20,000 bases of DNA, taken from contig NC_057757.1 of assembly GCF_004010195.1 (NCBI RefSeq), positions 5,621,250 to 5,641,249 of the forward strand, read 5' to 3'. This document shows, in pieces, positions 10,410 to 20,000 of this stretch. The stretch is from Chiloscyllium plagiosum (lineage: Eukaryota). Below the pieces are notes generated by a model, which did no database searches, was not told the origin of the DNA, and was given only the letters and a program-made list of their open reading frames with translations. Position 1 is the first letter of the stretch. Every line of letters begins with the position of its first letter. The translations under genes were made by a program, and so were the position numbers.

Positions 10410-11358
10410 CTGAGTGGCTTGCTCAGTCATGGCTTTTTGGAGTCATTCATGTTGCTGCGTGTCTGGAGTCGGGGGGGGGGGGCGGGGTTTAGGACTGGGT
10501 AAAGGAAGCGGCTCTCCCTCCCCAAAGGGCACTGGATGTGTCCTCACAACCGCTGATGGAAGTTTCGTGGTTGTCATAGGAACACAAGGAGCAGGAGTAG
10601 GCCGCCTGGCCCCTCAATGGCTGACCTTTTCACAGCCTCAGCTCCGCCTTCCTGCTCTCTCGCCCTTAACTCCTTTACTGTTTCAAAGTCTATCTTTGCA
10701 TTAGAAACATTCAACGAGGTAGCCTCAACGGCTTCCCTGGGCAGGGGGTTCCACAGATTCACAACCCTTTGAAGTTCCTCCTCAACTCCGTCCGAAATCT
10801 GCTCCCCCTTACTTTGAGGCCACGCCCCTTAGTTCCAGTTTCACCTGCCCATGGAACCAACCTCCCTGCTTTTAGCTTGTCTATTCCTGTCATATTTTTA
10901 CGTGTTTCTAGAAGATCCTTCCTCATTCTTCTGAATACCAATCAACATAGTCCCAGTCTCCTCATAAACTAATCCTCTCAACTCTGGAATCAACCCAGTG
11001 AACCCCCTCCAGTGCCAGTACATCCTTTCTCAAGTAAGGAGACCAAAACTGCACACGGTATTCCAGGTGTAACCTCACCAGCACCTTGTACAGCTGCAGC
11101 AAAACCTCTCTGCTTTTAGACTCCATCCTCTTTAGCAATGGAGGACAATATTCCATTCGCCTACTTGCTGCACCTGCAAACCAACTTCATGTGATGCATG
11201 CATTAAGGACTGACTCCCAGGTCCTTCTGAGACTAGCTTGCAATATTAGATTTAGCAATTGAATTTGAATGTTACTATCTGCTTTGGCGGGATTGAGTCT
11301 GCGTCCATTAACCTGGACCTCTGTAGCCTGTAGACATTACCAGCGTAACACTGTTCCA
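10410..11358 (-). mobile_element. Second SINE family copy split by a CR1 insertion
   Basis: 10410-10575 and 11229-11358 read as consecutive halves of the reverse complement of the element at 5545-5832 and 17263-17590. Confidence 0.55.
10576..11228 (-). mobile_element. CR1 LINE 3' portion
   Basis: Remnants LQLYKVLVRLHLEYRVQFWSPYLRKDVLALEGV, GSRFRTELRRNF and LWNPLPREAVEATSLN. Confidence 0.9.
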
Positions 11359-11631
11359 CTGACCTGTAGTCTAAAGTCTCTCATTACCCTTCTCACAATT
11401 CAGAATACTTCCAAATTTTGTGACACCTGTAAATTTTGAAATTGTATTCCCCAGACTTTCAAGTCTAGGTCATCAAATTAGGCTATGAAAAGCTGAAGGT
11501 GAAATTTGAGAAATAGTAGCACGATGTTAGGAGTTGAAAGTGCACTGCCTGATAGTGTGGTGACTGCAGGTTCAACAGTGACTTTCCACAACTGGATAAA
11601 TACTAGAATACAGAAATAAATCGCAGGGAGA

Positions 11632-11765
11632 AAAATAAATAACCGAAAGGACAGGGGATGCTGGAAATCAGAAACAGAAATTGCTGGAAAAACTCAGCAG
11701 GTCTGGCAGCATCTGTGGGCAGAAAGCAGGGTTGGCATTTTGGGTTCGGTGACCAGTCTTCAGAA
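11632..11765. mobile_element. Penelope-like terminal fragment (single arm)
   Basis: gatgctggaaatc...gctggaaaaactcagcaggtctggcagcatc resembles the arm at 19083-19132. Confidence 0.55.
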
Positions 11766-12149
11766 TAGATTGCAGGGAAAGGATTGGGTGCGGAGTAGGG
11801 CGAACTGGATCCCTCTTTGAAAGAGCTAGTGCGTTCTCAATGAGCTGAATGGCCTTCTTCAGTACTGAACTATTCTCTGCTTTTATGACCGCGGGATACT
11901 CCAGGGTGATGGGTGAGAGTTGGCATTTGAAGGGGCACTGCAGAGCGTTGGTGTGTGTGTCTGTGGTAGGGGAGGGGGTGGAATAGGGAAAATAAAGTGC
12001 TTGTTAAGTAGTCAAACAAATGATTTGGACTGATTGATGAATGAATTGACTGGATAGATTCAACAGGGAAACAATGGTCCTGTGTAAGATCAGACTCTCC
12101 CTAAGTTTGGGTCAGAAGGTTCAGATGATCATGGAATGTGTTAGAACAT

Positions 12150-12770
12150 CAGTCAGGGCAGGATTTATACACTTAATGGTAAGGTCCCAGGGAGTGTGGC
12201 TGAACAAAGAGACCTTGGAGTGCAGGTTCATAGCTCCTTGAAAGTGGAGTCGCAGGTAGATAGGATAGTGAAGAAGGCGTTTGGTATGCTTTCCTTTATA
12301 CCATGAGGGGCATGGATAAGGTAAATAACCAAGGTCTTTTTCCCATGAGGGGCATGGATAAGGTAAATAACCAAGGTCTTTTTCCCTTGGGTAGGGGAGT
12401 CCAAACTATAGGGTATAGGTTTAGGGTGAGAGGGGAAAGATATCAAAGAGACCTGAGGGGCAACTTTTTCACGCAGAGGGTGGTACGTGTATGGAATGAG
12501 CTGCCAGAGGAAGTGGTGGAGGCTGGTACAATGACAACATTTAAAAGGTACCTGGATGGGGACATGAATAGGAAGGGTTTGGAGGGACATGGGCCGGGTG
12601 CTGGCAGGTGGGACCAGATTAAAGTGCCGACTTAAAGTGGAGAGGATCTCCAAGAAGAATGCACATGTCAAGTTTCTGCAGACTGGCATCTCCAAATCAG
12701 GACGAGATTAGGTTGGGATATCTGGTCAGCATGGATGATTTGGGCCAAAGGGTATGTTTCCATGCTGTGA
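12150..12770 (+). mobile_element. CR1 LINE 3' fragments with an internal deletion and a 42-bp tandem duplication (12301-12384)
   Basis: RDLRGNFFTQRVVRVWNELPEEVVEAGT; duplicated MRGMDKVNNQGLFP. Confidence 0.88.
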
Positions 12771-12988
12771 CAGGTCGATTAAAAGGAAGTCGGACTGTTC
12801 TACGACTGAGTCGTCAACAAACTCTGTCCAGAAGGAAGTGTCTTAGTTACTGAACGGGCAGCGCTCAAGGAACGTGTACCCAAGCCAGAGGGAGCACCCA
12901 TAGGTGAGGCACAGCCAAGGGGCCAGAAACCCTAAAGGGGGGGTGGGGGGGTTTACAGTTACCACATTGAGAGGTGAAAGGGTCCTAC

Positions 12989-13083
12989 CTTGCTGCAGGA
13001 CGTAGCCGTCGTGCACGGGGATAGCAGTCGTGTGGGTTGCACCGCTATCGAGGACCAGGCCTGTGGATCGCCCGTTAGCGAAG
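12989..13083 (-). CDS. ACTL6B: ACTL6B coding exon (exon 6 equivalent), (A)[31 protein letters not shown](G)
   Basis: atgacag acceptor and GTAGGA donor; 95 bp. Contains the actin-fold DSGAT motif; GLVLD is 6B-type. Confidence 0.95.
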
Positions 13084-13152
13084 CTGTCATGATGGGGGAG
13101 GAGACAGTCAAGGAGAGATTCCACACTGAGACAGTGAGGTCCATTGGTGCAG

Positions 13153-13153
13153 A

Positions 13154-13186
<33 letters not shown>

Positions 13187-13208
13187 GAGACAGAGAGAGA
13201 GAGAGAGA
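13153..13208. repeat. (GA)n microsatellite, (CT)n on the transcribed strand
   Basis: Direct observation; lies about 70 nt upstream of the U12 acceptor. Confidence 0.95.
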
Positions 13209-13349
13209 AACCTGCATTTACGAGATGTACCAAAACGCTCCATAGGTGGGATGTTTGAACCAGCCCTCCCCATTCACCAGAAACTCTCCACCCAGTGTCC
13301 TGGACCCTCAAAGATCATCACTGAGAACAAGGGGGGGTGAGGCTTCTAT

Positions 13350-13692
13350 CCTGCGCGCTGCTTGTGGGATCTTGCTGTGCTGTTTCCTATGTTACCAGAA
13401 TGAGCACTTCAGAGCTGGATCGGCAACTCTCATGTGCATTAAAGACTTACATTCCCGTAGCACCTTTTACAACTTTCCCAAAGTGAAGGACTTAAGTGTG
13501 GCGTCTGCTGTAATGTCATACAAATAGCATCAGATAATCCAATTTTGATGATGTTGGATGAGGGATACACTGGGAGAACTCCCCTCTTCTTCTTCCAGTA
13601 GGTGCTCAGGATCTGAAGGTCTACCCTCAGAAACAGTCGGGCTGCCAGTTTAATGTCTCTGCAAAAGATGGCATCGTCAACTGTGCAGTATT
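13350..13692. mobile_element. DeuSINE (SacSINE1-like) fragments in opposite orientations
   Basis: ctgcttgtgggatcttgctgtg on the plus strand and ggagaactcccct...gtttaatgtctc...gatggca..tc...aactgtgcag resemble recalled DeuSINE sequence. Confidence 0.55.
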
Positions 13693-13901
13693 TGCCTGTT
13701 TGGTGGTCTCGGAGAGAGGGATAGGTGCGTCTTGTCCCACTAATATTCGCAGTAAGAATTAGGCCTTTACAGGAATAAACATCTGCAATTACTTCGAACA
13801 CGTGGCAGATTCTACTCAAGAATGGGTCTCATGGGAGCAGAAGAGGGTCAGATTTCCTCTACCTATTACGGAACGGGGAACATATCACTCAGACCACTTC
13901 A

Positions 13902-16899
13902 TTCCAGGAGGACACAGTCAGGATCAGGTTCCAGACTGGGACGCACAGTCAGCATTCTGTCCCAGACCTAAATGCTCAGTCAGGACAGTGTCCCAGACCG
14001 GGACGCACAGTCAGGACAGTGTTCCAGACCAGGACGCACAGTCAGGTCAGTGTTCCAGACCGCGAGGCACAGTCAGGACAGTGTTCCAGACCGGGACGCA
14101 GAGTCAGGACAGTGTTCCAGACCGGGACGCACAGTCAGGACAGTGTTCCAGACCGAGAGGCACAGTCAGGTCAGTGTTCCAGACCGGGACGCACAGTCAG
14201 GACAGTGTCCCAGACCGGGACGCACAGTCAGGTCAGTGTTCCAGACTGGGACGCACAGTCAGGACCATGTCCCAGACCGGGACGCACAGTCAGGCCAGTG
14301 TTCCAGACCGGGACGCACAGTCAGGACAGTGTCCCAGACCGGGACGCACAGTCAGGACACTGTTCCAGACCGAGACGCACAGTCAGGACAGTGTTCCAGA
14401 CCGGGACGCACAGTCAGGACCGTGTTCCAGACCGGGACGCACAGTCAGGTCAGTGTTCCAGACCAGAACGCAGAGTCAGGACAGTGTTCCAGACTGGGAC
14501 GCACAGTCAGGACCGTGTTCCAGACCAGGACGCACAGTCAGGACAGTGTTCCTGACCAGGACGCACAGTCAGGACAGTGTTCCAGATCGGGACGCACAGT
14601 CAGGTCAGTGTTCCAGACCGGGACGCAGAGTCAGGACCGTGTTCCAGACCGGGACGCACAGTCAGGACCGTGTTCCAGACCGGGACGCACAGTCAGGACC
14701 GTGTTCCAGACCGGGACGCACAGTCAGGACAGTGTTCCAGACCGGGACGCACAGTCAGGACAGTGTTCCAGACCGGGACGACGCACAGTCAGGTCAGTGT
14801 TCCAGACTGGGACGCACAGTCAGGACCGTGTTCCAGACCAAGACGCACAGTCAGGACCGTGTTCCAGACCGGGATGCACAGTCAGGACCTTGTTCCAGAC
14901 CGGGACGCACAGTCAGGACCCTGTTCCAGACCGGGACGCACAGTCAGGTCAGTGTTCCAGACCAGAACGCAGAGTCAGGACCGTGTTCCAGACCGGGACG
15001 CAGAGTCAGGACCGTGTTCCAGACCGGGACGCACAGTCAGGACCGTGTTCCAGACCGGGACGCACAGTCAGGACCGTGTTCCAGACCGGGACGCACAGTC
15101 AGGACCGTGTTCCAGACCGAGATGCACAGTCAGGTCAGTGTTCCAGACTGGGACGCACAGTCAGGACCGTGTTCCAGACCGGGACGCACAGTCAGGAACG
15201 TGTTCCAGACCGGGACGCACAGTCAGGTCAGTGTTCCAGACCGGGACGCACAGTCAGGTCAGTGTTCCAGACTGGGACGCACAGTCATGACCGTCTTCCA
15301 GACCGGGACGCACAGTCAGGTCAGTGTTCCAGACTTGGACGCACAGTCAGGACCGTGTTCCAGACCGAGAAGCACAGTCAGCTCAGTGTTCCAGACTGGG
15401 ACGCACAATCAGGACCGTGTTCCAGACCGAGACGCACAGTCAGGTCAGTGTTCCAGACCGAGACGCACAGTCAGGTCAGTGTTCCAGACCGGGACGCACA
15501 GTCAGGACAGTGTTCCAGACCGGGACGCACAGTCAGGACCGTGTTCCAGACCGTGACGCCCAGTCGGGACAGTGTTCCAGACCGGGACGCACAGTCAGGA
15601 CCGTGTTCCAGACCGGGCCGCAGAGTCGGGACAGTGTTCCAGACCGGGACGCACAGTCAGCGTTCCAGACTGGGACGCACAATCAGGACCGTGTTCCAGA
15701 CCGAGACGCACAGTCAGGTCAGTGTTCCAGACCGGGACGCACAGTCAGGACAGTGTTCCAGACCGGGACGCACAGTCAGGTCAGTGTTCCAGGCCGGGAT
15801 GCAGAGTCAGGACAGTGTTCCAGACCGGGACGCACAGTCAGGACAGTGTTCCAGACCGGGACGCAGAGTCGGGACAGTGTTCCAGACCGGGACGCACAGT
15901 CAGGTCAGTGTTCCAGGCCGGGACGCACAGTCAGGACCGTGTTCCAGACCGGGACGCACAGTCAGGACCGTGTTCCAGACCAGGACGCACAGTCAGGTCA
16001 GTGTTCCAGACTGGGACGCACAGTCAGGACAGTGTTCCAGAACGGGACGCACAGTCAGGATCACGTTCCAGAACGGGACGCACAGTCAGGACAGTGTTCC
16101 AGAACGGGACGCACAGTCAGGACAGTGTTCCAGACCGGGACGCACAGTCAGGATCACGTTCCAGACCGGGACGCACAGTCAGGACAGTGTTCCAGACCAG
16201 GACGCAGAGTCGGGACAGTGTTCCAGCCCTAGACGCACAGTCAGGTTAGTGTTCCAGACCGGGACGCACAGTCAGGACAGTGTTCCAGACCGGGACGCAG
16301 AGTCAGGACAGTGTTCCAGACCGGGACGCAGAGTCGGGACAGTGTTCCAGACCGGGACGCACAGTCAGGACAGTGTTCCAGACCGGGACGCACAGTCAGG
16401 ACAGTGTTCCTGACCAGGACGCACAGTCAGGACCGTGTTCCAGACCGGGACGCACAGTCAGGACCGTGTTCCAGACCGGGACGCACAGTCAGGACCGTGT
16501 TCCAGACCGGGACGCACAGTCAGGACCGTGTTCCAGACCGGGACGCACAGTCAGGACCGTGTTCCAGACCGGGACGCACAGTCAGGACAGTGTTCCTGGA
16601 CCGGGACGACAGTCAGGACAGTGTTCCAGACCGGGACGCACAGTCAGGACCGTGTTCCAGACCGGGACGCACAGTCAGGACCGTGTTCCAGACCGGGACG
16701 CACAGTCAGGACCGTGTTTCAGACCGGGACGCACAGTCAGGATCACGTTCCAGACTGGGACGCACAGTCAGGACCGTGTTCCAGACCGAGACGCACAGTC
16801 AGGACCGTGTTCCAGACCGGGACGCACAGTCAGGACAGTGTTCCAGACCGGGACGCACAGTCAGGACAGTGTTCCAGACCGGGACGCACAGTCAGGACC
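13902..16899. repeat. 31-bp GC-rich minisatellite, roughly 95 copies, consensus CAGTCAGGAC(A/C)GTGTTCCAGACCGGGACGCA
   Basis: Direct 31-nt periodicity (e.g. GTTCC at 14641 and 14672), interspersed variant units and degenerate edge units. Confidence 0.97.
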
Positions 16900-17006
16900 A
16901 CATTACAGACAGGAGCCCACAGTTGGCCCAGTTCCCATGTGTGTGCCTACGGGGCTGTGCTGTGGACTGGGGGCAGCCGCCTGGCTTCAGACCGTCTGAA
17001 GGATAC

Positions 17007-17104
17007 GCAGTGAGCACCGCGGTCTTGCAGAGGAAGAAGGCGGGGATGTTGTAGTGCTCAAACATCAGCTCGGTCAGCTTCTCTCGCTTGGCCCGGGTGT
17101 TCCA
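17007..17104 (-). CDS. ACTL6B: ACTL6B coding exon (exon 5 equivalent), [33 protein letters not shown]
   Basis: tttcag acceptor; 98 bp; followed by the U12-type donor GTATCCTT. Near-invariant ACTL6 peptide, in frame with its neighbours. Confidence 0.95.
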
Positions 17105-17262
17105 CTGAAACAGACAAAAACCCTCTGAGGTCCCAGCAGAAAGAAAGACAACCAGTACATTCACATAGCAGCCTGAACAGAACAAAACAGCCTCACGTTA
17201 ACTCAGCGGTACATTATCGCTCAAAACCTGACCCACATCATTAGGTATTAGGACTTGGAGAT

Positions 17263-17592
17263 GCAGAGTGGCCTAGTAATCCCTAGAATCAGTCTAATGC
17301 TTCAGGAACATCGGTTCAAGTCCCACCAGGTTAGCTTGAAGTTTAAATTAAATTAATCCATCTGGAACATAGAGAAGATTGTAGTGATGGGGGCCATCGT
17401 CAATCGTCATAAAAAGTTCACTAATTCTCTTCAGGAAAGGACGTACCAGATGTCCTTACCAGGTCTGGCCTCTGTGTGACTCCAGGCACCAGCAATACAC
17501 TCAGAAATAGCACAGCCTGCTGCCCAGTGTAAGGGCAGTTGGACATGCCTAAGAACTCCCGGCTTCACCATCCTCCCCGTATTTAAAAAAAA
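17263..17592 (+). mobile_element. Second SINE family copy
   Basis: Box B-like GGTTCAAGTCC, body shared with 5545-5832, and an A-rich end. Confidence 0.6.
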
Positions 17593-17764
17593 ACACCTTG
17601 GATATATTTCATCAGAGATAAGAGGGTATAACCTCTCAGTGTTTAACCTATACAGCCCCCTTAAGAGTCCAAAACATTCCAGTGCTATCACCTCTCATTT
17701 TTTGACAGTCCGGGGAGTAGAGTCCCAGCCTGTTCAGTCTTGGCTCATAAGACAAGTGAGACCG

Positions 17765-18036
17765 GGCTACGATACAGATCAGCGACATTTATAAAGTCAC
17801 GAGGGGTGTGGGTAAGGTTAACGGCAGGTGTCCTTTCCCTAAGGTGGGGGAGTTCAAAACTAGGGGGCGTTATTTTAAAGGTGGGAGCAGGAAGATTTTA
17901 AAAAGACCACCGGGGTGATTTTAGTTTACACGGAGACCTTCCACTGGAAGTAACGGATGTGGGTACGGTTCCAACGTTTAAAAGACATTTGGATAAGTGC
18001 GCGAATAAGAAGTGCTTGGAGGGACGTGCACCAAGC
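17765..18036 (+). mobile_element. CR1 LINE 3' fragment
   Basis: Similar to 12303-12600 and to the reverse complement of 5900-6170. Confidence 0.7.
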
Positions 18037-18136
18037 ACAGGAGAATGTGCAAACACTGCACAGACAGTCGCCTGAGGCTGGAATCAAACCCGGGACCCTG
18101 GTGCCGTGAGGCAGCAGTGCTAACCACTGAGCCAAT
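18037..18136 (-). mobile_element. HE1-like SINE head fragment
   Basis: tRNA-derived head, reverse complement of the 5' part of 888-1203. Confidence 0.85.
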
Positions 18137-18314
18137 ACGTCCCCCCCCCCCATTAAAAATGGCTGGGATTTGAAGGAGTGCAGTTGTAGTGGTTTTGGAG
18201 ATCACAGACAGGATGATGCATTGGAGGGATTCAAACTCATGGATGAAAAGCTTAAAAGTGAGGAGATACTGGATCAGAAGCCAGTGTAGATCATCGAACA
18301 TTGGGGATGACTTG

Positions 18315-18875
18315 ATTTATTATTATCTCATGTACCTAGGTACAGTGAAAGGTTTTGTTTTGTGTGCAGTACAGGCTGATCATACCATGCAAAGGGCATT
18401 AGGGTGACGGAACAGTATGAGGAACACAATGTTACGGCTGCAGAACAGGGCGAGCGAGATCAACGGTACCTTTAAAATTTGACAGGTCCGTTCTGAAGTC
18501 TAATAGCAACAGGGAAGAAGCTGTCCTTGAATCTGTCGGTACGTATTTTGCACCTTCTGCCCGACAGAAGAGGTTGGAAGGGATTATAACCGGGGTGGGA
18601 GGGGTCATGGATGATGTTGGCTGCCTACCCGAGGCAGTGGGATGTACAGATGGAGTCAACAGATGGGAGGTTGGCTTGCCTGATGGACCGGGCTGTGTTC
18701 ATGGCTCTCTGTAGCTTAGTCTGGTCCTGATCAGAGCAGATGCCGTACCACGCCATGATGCATTCCAATAGAATGCTTTCTATGGCGCATCTATAAAAAT
18801 TGGGAAGAGTCTTTGCATTCATGCCGAATTTCTATAGCTTCCTGCGGATGCAGAGGTGTTGTTGTGCTTTGTTGG
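18315..18875 (-). mobile_element. Rex1/Babar-like LINE 3' portion
   Basis: Remnant TLPNFYRCAIESILLECIMAWYGICSDQDQTKLQRAMNTARSI, typical of the post-RT region of this clade. Confidence 0.7.
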
Positions 18876-19054
18876 AGCCGGGGTTGGAGGGGGAGATGGT
18901 ATTTGGTGTGTGTGTTAGGAATGGGGGAAGGGTGGGGGGTGATGCTGTGTTGCTGAGTTTGGGAGGAAATGAAGCTGATCCAGGGTTGAAGTTGGGAGAC
19001 TGAGCAGGAGAAAGTTGAAATAGTCAAGTTGACTTGGAAACATGTGAGGCAGAC

Positions 19055-19220
19055 ATGGGGTAGTGCAGATGCTGGAGATTAGAGTCAAGATGAGAGTGGT
19101 GCTGGAAAAGCACTGCAGGTCAGGCAGCATCCCAGGATTCCTGGCCGAAATGTCGGATTTCCTGCTCCTCGGATGCTGCCTGACCTGCTGTGCTTTTCCA
19201 GCACCACTCTAATCTTGACT
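19055..19220. mobile_element. Penelope-like hairpin remnant
   Basis: 50-bp inverted arms 19083-19132 and 19171-19220 (2 mismatches) with a 38-nt loop containing CCGAAATGTC. Confidence 0.65.
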
Positions 19221-19492
19221 TGGAAACAGATGAGCCCATTCATTCAGTGTCGCAAGTCTGCAACTCCCTCCCTCAGAGCATTACACTGCACTGACTTGGA
19301 GCCGTTCGCCAGTGCCTTGTCAAGGGGCAGTTAGGGAGGGGCAATAATGCTGACCCACCGAGTGAAGCTCACATCTCTTGAGTGAGTAGTGATATTTAAC
19401 TAAGTGCTATTTTTAATGTTATCTGAGCTGGACGGGTAACTTGCCCCAGATCTGGCCACCCAGTCGCTGGGTTTCAGACTCGTTCTGCTCAC

Positions 19493-19593
19493 CGGTGCTT
19501 CCGACATGAGGACAGGGTGCAGGTTTGGCTCCGACTTGATGTGCTTGGTGTAGGTGTGATCCAGAATTGCCTGGAAGCAATCCCAGTCCTCGA
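19493..19593 (-). CDS. ACTL6B: ACTL6B internal coding exon (exon 4 equivalent), [34 protein letters not shown]
   Basis: cctgcag acceptor (AG at 19595-19594) and GTGAG donor from 19492; 101 bp. The peptide matches ACTL6/BAF53; KSEPNLHP and the Cys are 6B-type (6A has KSEASLHP and Ser). Confidence 0.93.
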
Positions 19594-19839
19594 CTGCAGG
19601 ATAACAGGACAGGAGAGTTAGCACCAGCAATGTGGTCAGCAAAGCAATACTGAGACAGAGAGAGAGAGGGAGACTGGGAGGTTTGGCTCCGACTTGATGT
19701 GCTTGGTGTAGGTGTGATCCAGAATTGCCTGGAAGCAATCCCAGTCCTCGACTGCAGGATAACAGGACAGGAGAGTTAGCACCAGCAATGTGGTCAGCAA
19801 AGCAATACTGAGACAGAGAGAGAGAGGGAGACTGGGAGG
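19521..19839. repeat. Perfect 158-bp tandem duplication covering the exon 4 acceptor region and the 5' 73 bp of the exon
   Basis: 19521-19681 is identical to 19679-19839, with a 3-bp AGG overlap at the junction. Confidence 0.93.
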
Positions 19840-20000
19840 GAGAGAGGGAGAGGGAGAGAGGGTGAGAGAGTGTGAGAGAGAGAGAGGGGAGAGGGTGAGA
19901 GAAAGAGAGAGGGGGAGAGAGAGAGGGAGAGGGAGAGGGAGAGGGAGAGAGGGAGGGAGAGGGAGGGAGAGAGAGAGGGAGAGAGAGGGAGAGAGAGGGA
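19811..20000. repeat. Polypurine (GA/GGGA)n low-complexity tract
   Basis: Almost pure purine run to the end of the window. Confidence 0.95.

Larger units (their letters stand above)
13084..17006 (-). other. U12-type (minor spliceosome) GT-AG intron, 3923 bp
   Basis: 5' splice site GTATCCTT (17006-16999) matches the U12 consensus. Branch site TCCTTGAC at 13114-13107, about 25 nt upstream of the AG at 13085-13084. Confidence 0.92.

Noticed and set aside
11077..11097. RE1/NRSE-like site ACCAGCACCTTGTACAGCTGC, attractive for a neuronal gene
   Set aside because: Mismatch in the GGACAG core, and it lies within ordinary CR1 ORF2 coding remnant.
12843..13340. ORFs with SLSLSL or ERERER runs
   Set aside because: These are translations of the GA microsatellite; only 12989-13083 is coding.
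13902..16899. CRISPR array (repeat length of about 31 bp)
   Set aside because: Units are head-to-tail with no unique spacers, there are no cas genes, and the context is vertebrate.
13802..17054. Long plus-strand ORFs (584, 813, 302 aa and others) as a repeat-protein gene
   Set aside because: They arise in all three frames from a stop-free 31-bp unit and lie antisense within an ACTL6B intron, with no unique domain.
1822..19593. Assignment as ACTL6A, conventional actin or a pseudogene
   Set aside because: Most diagnostic residues (EPNL, GLVLD, FISM, EPVREGA, KSWH, EVIQ, SDSPY) are 6B-type, and all six exons are intact and in phase. A phylogeny would confirm the call.

Overview
Eukaryotic genomic DNA, most likely from a cartilaginous fish (shark/ray-type SINE, CR1 and Penelope repeats); there are no prokaryotic features. 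The window lies inside one minus-strand gene, actin-like 6B (ACTL6B/BAF53b, the neuronal BAF subunit). Six consecutive internal coding exons (101, 98, 95, 107, 90 and 62 bp; exons 4-9 by analogy to human) splice in frame. The intron at 13084-17006 is a minor-spliceosome (U12-type, GT-AG) intron and is about three-quarters filled by a 31-bp minisatellite. The other introns hold HE1/V-type and other SINEs, CR1, Rex1-like and L2-like LINE fragments, Tigger-like MITEs, Penelope-like hairpins (one with a minimal hammerhead motif), a probable solo LTR, tandem repeats and a 670-bp assembly gap. The most notable oddities are branch-point-like motifs in the minisatellite, a 158-bp duplication of the exon 4 acceptor plus partial exon, a sense-strand hammerhead-like motif, and a SINE whose internal domain has expanded into a tandem array. 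I see no convincing new multi-gene system; the long ORFs in the track are repeat artefacts. Repeat family names and human protein comparisons come from recall, not from searches.
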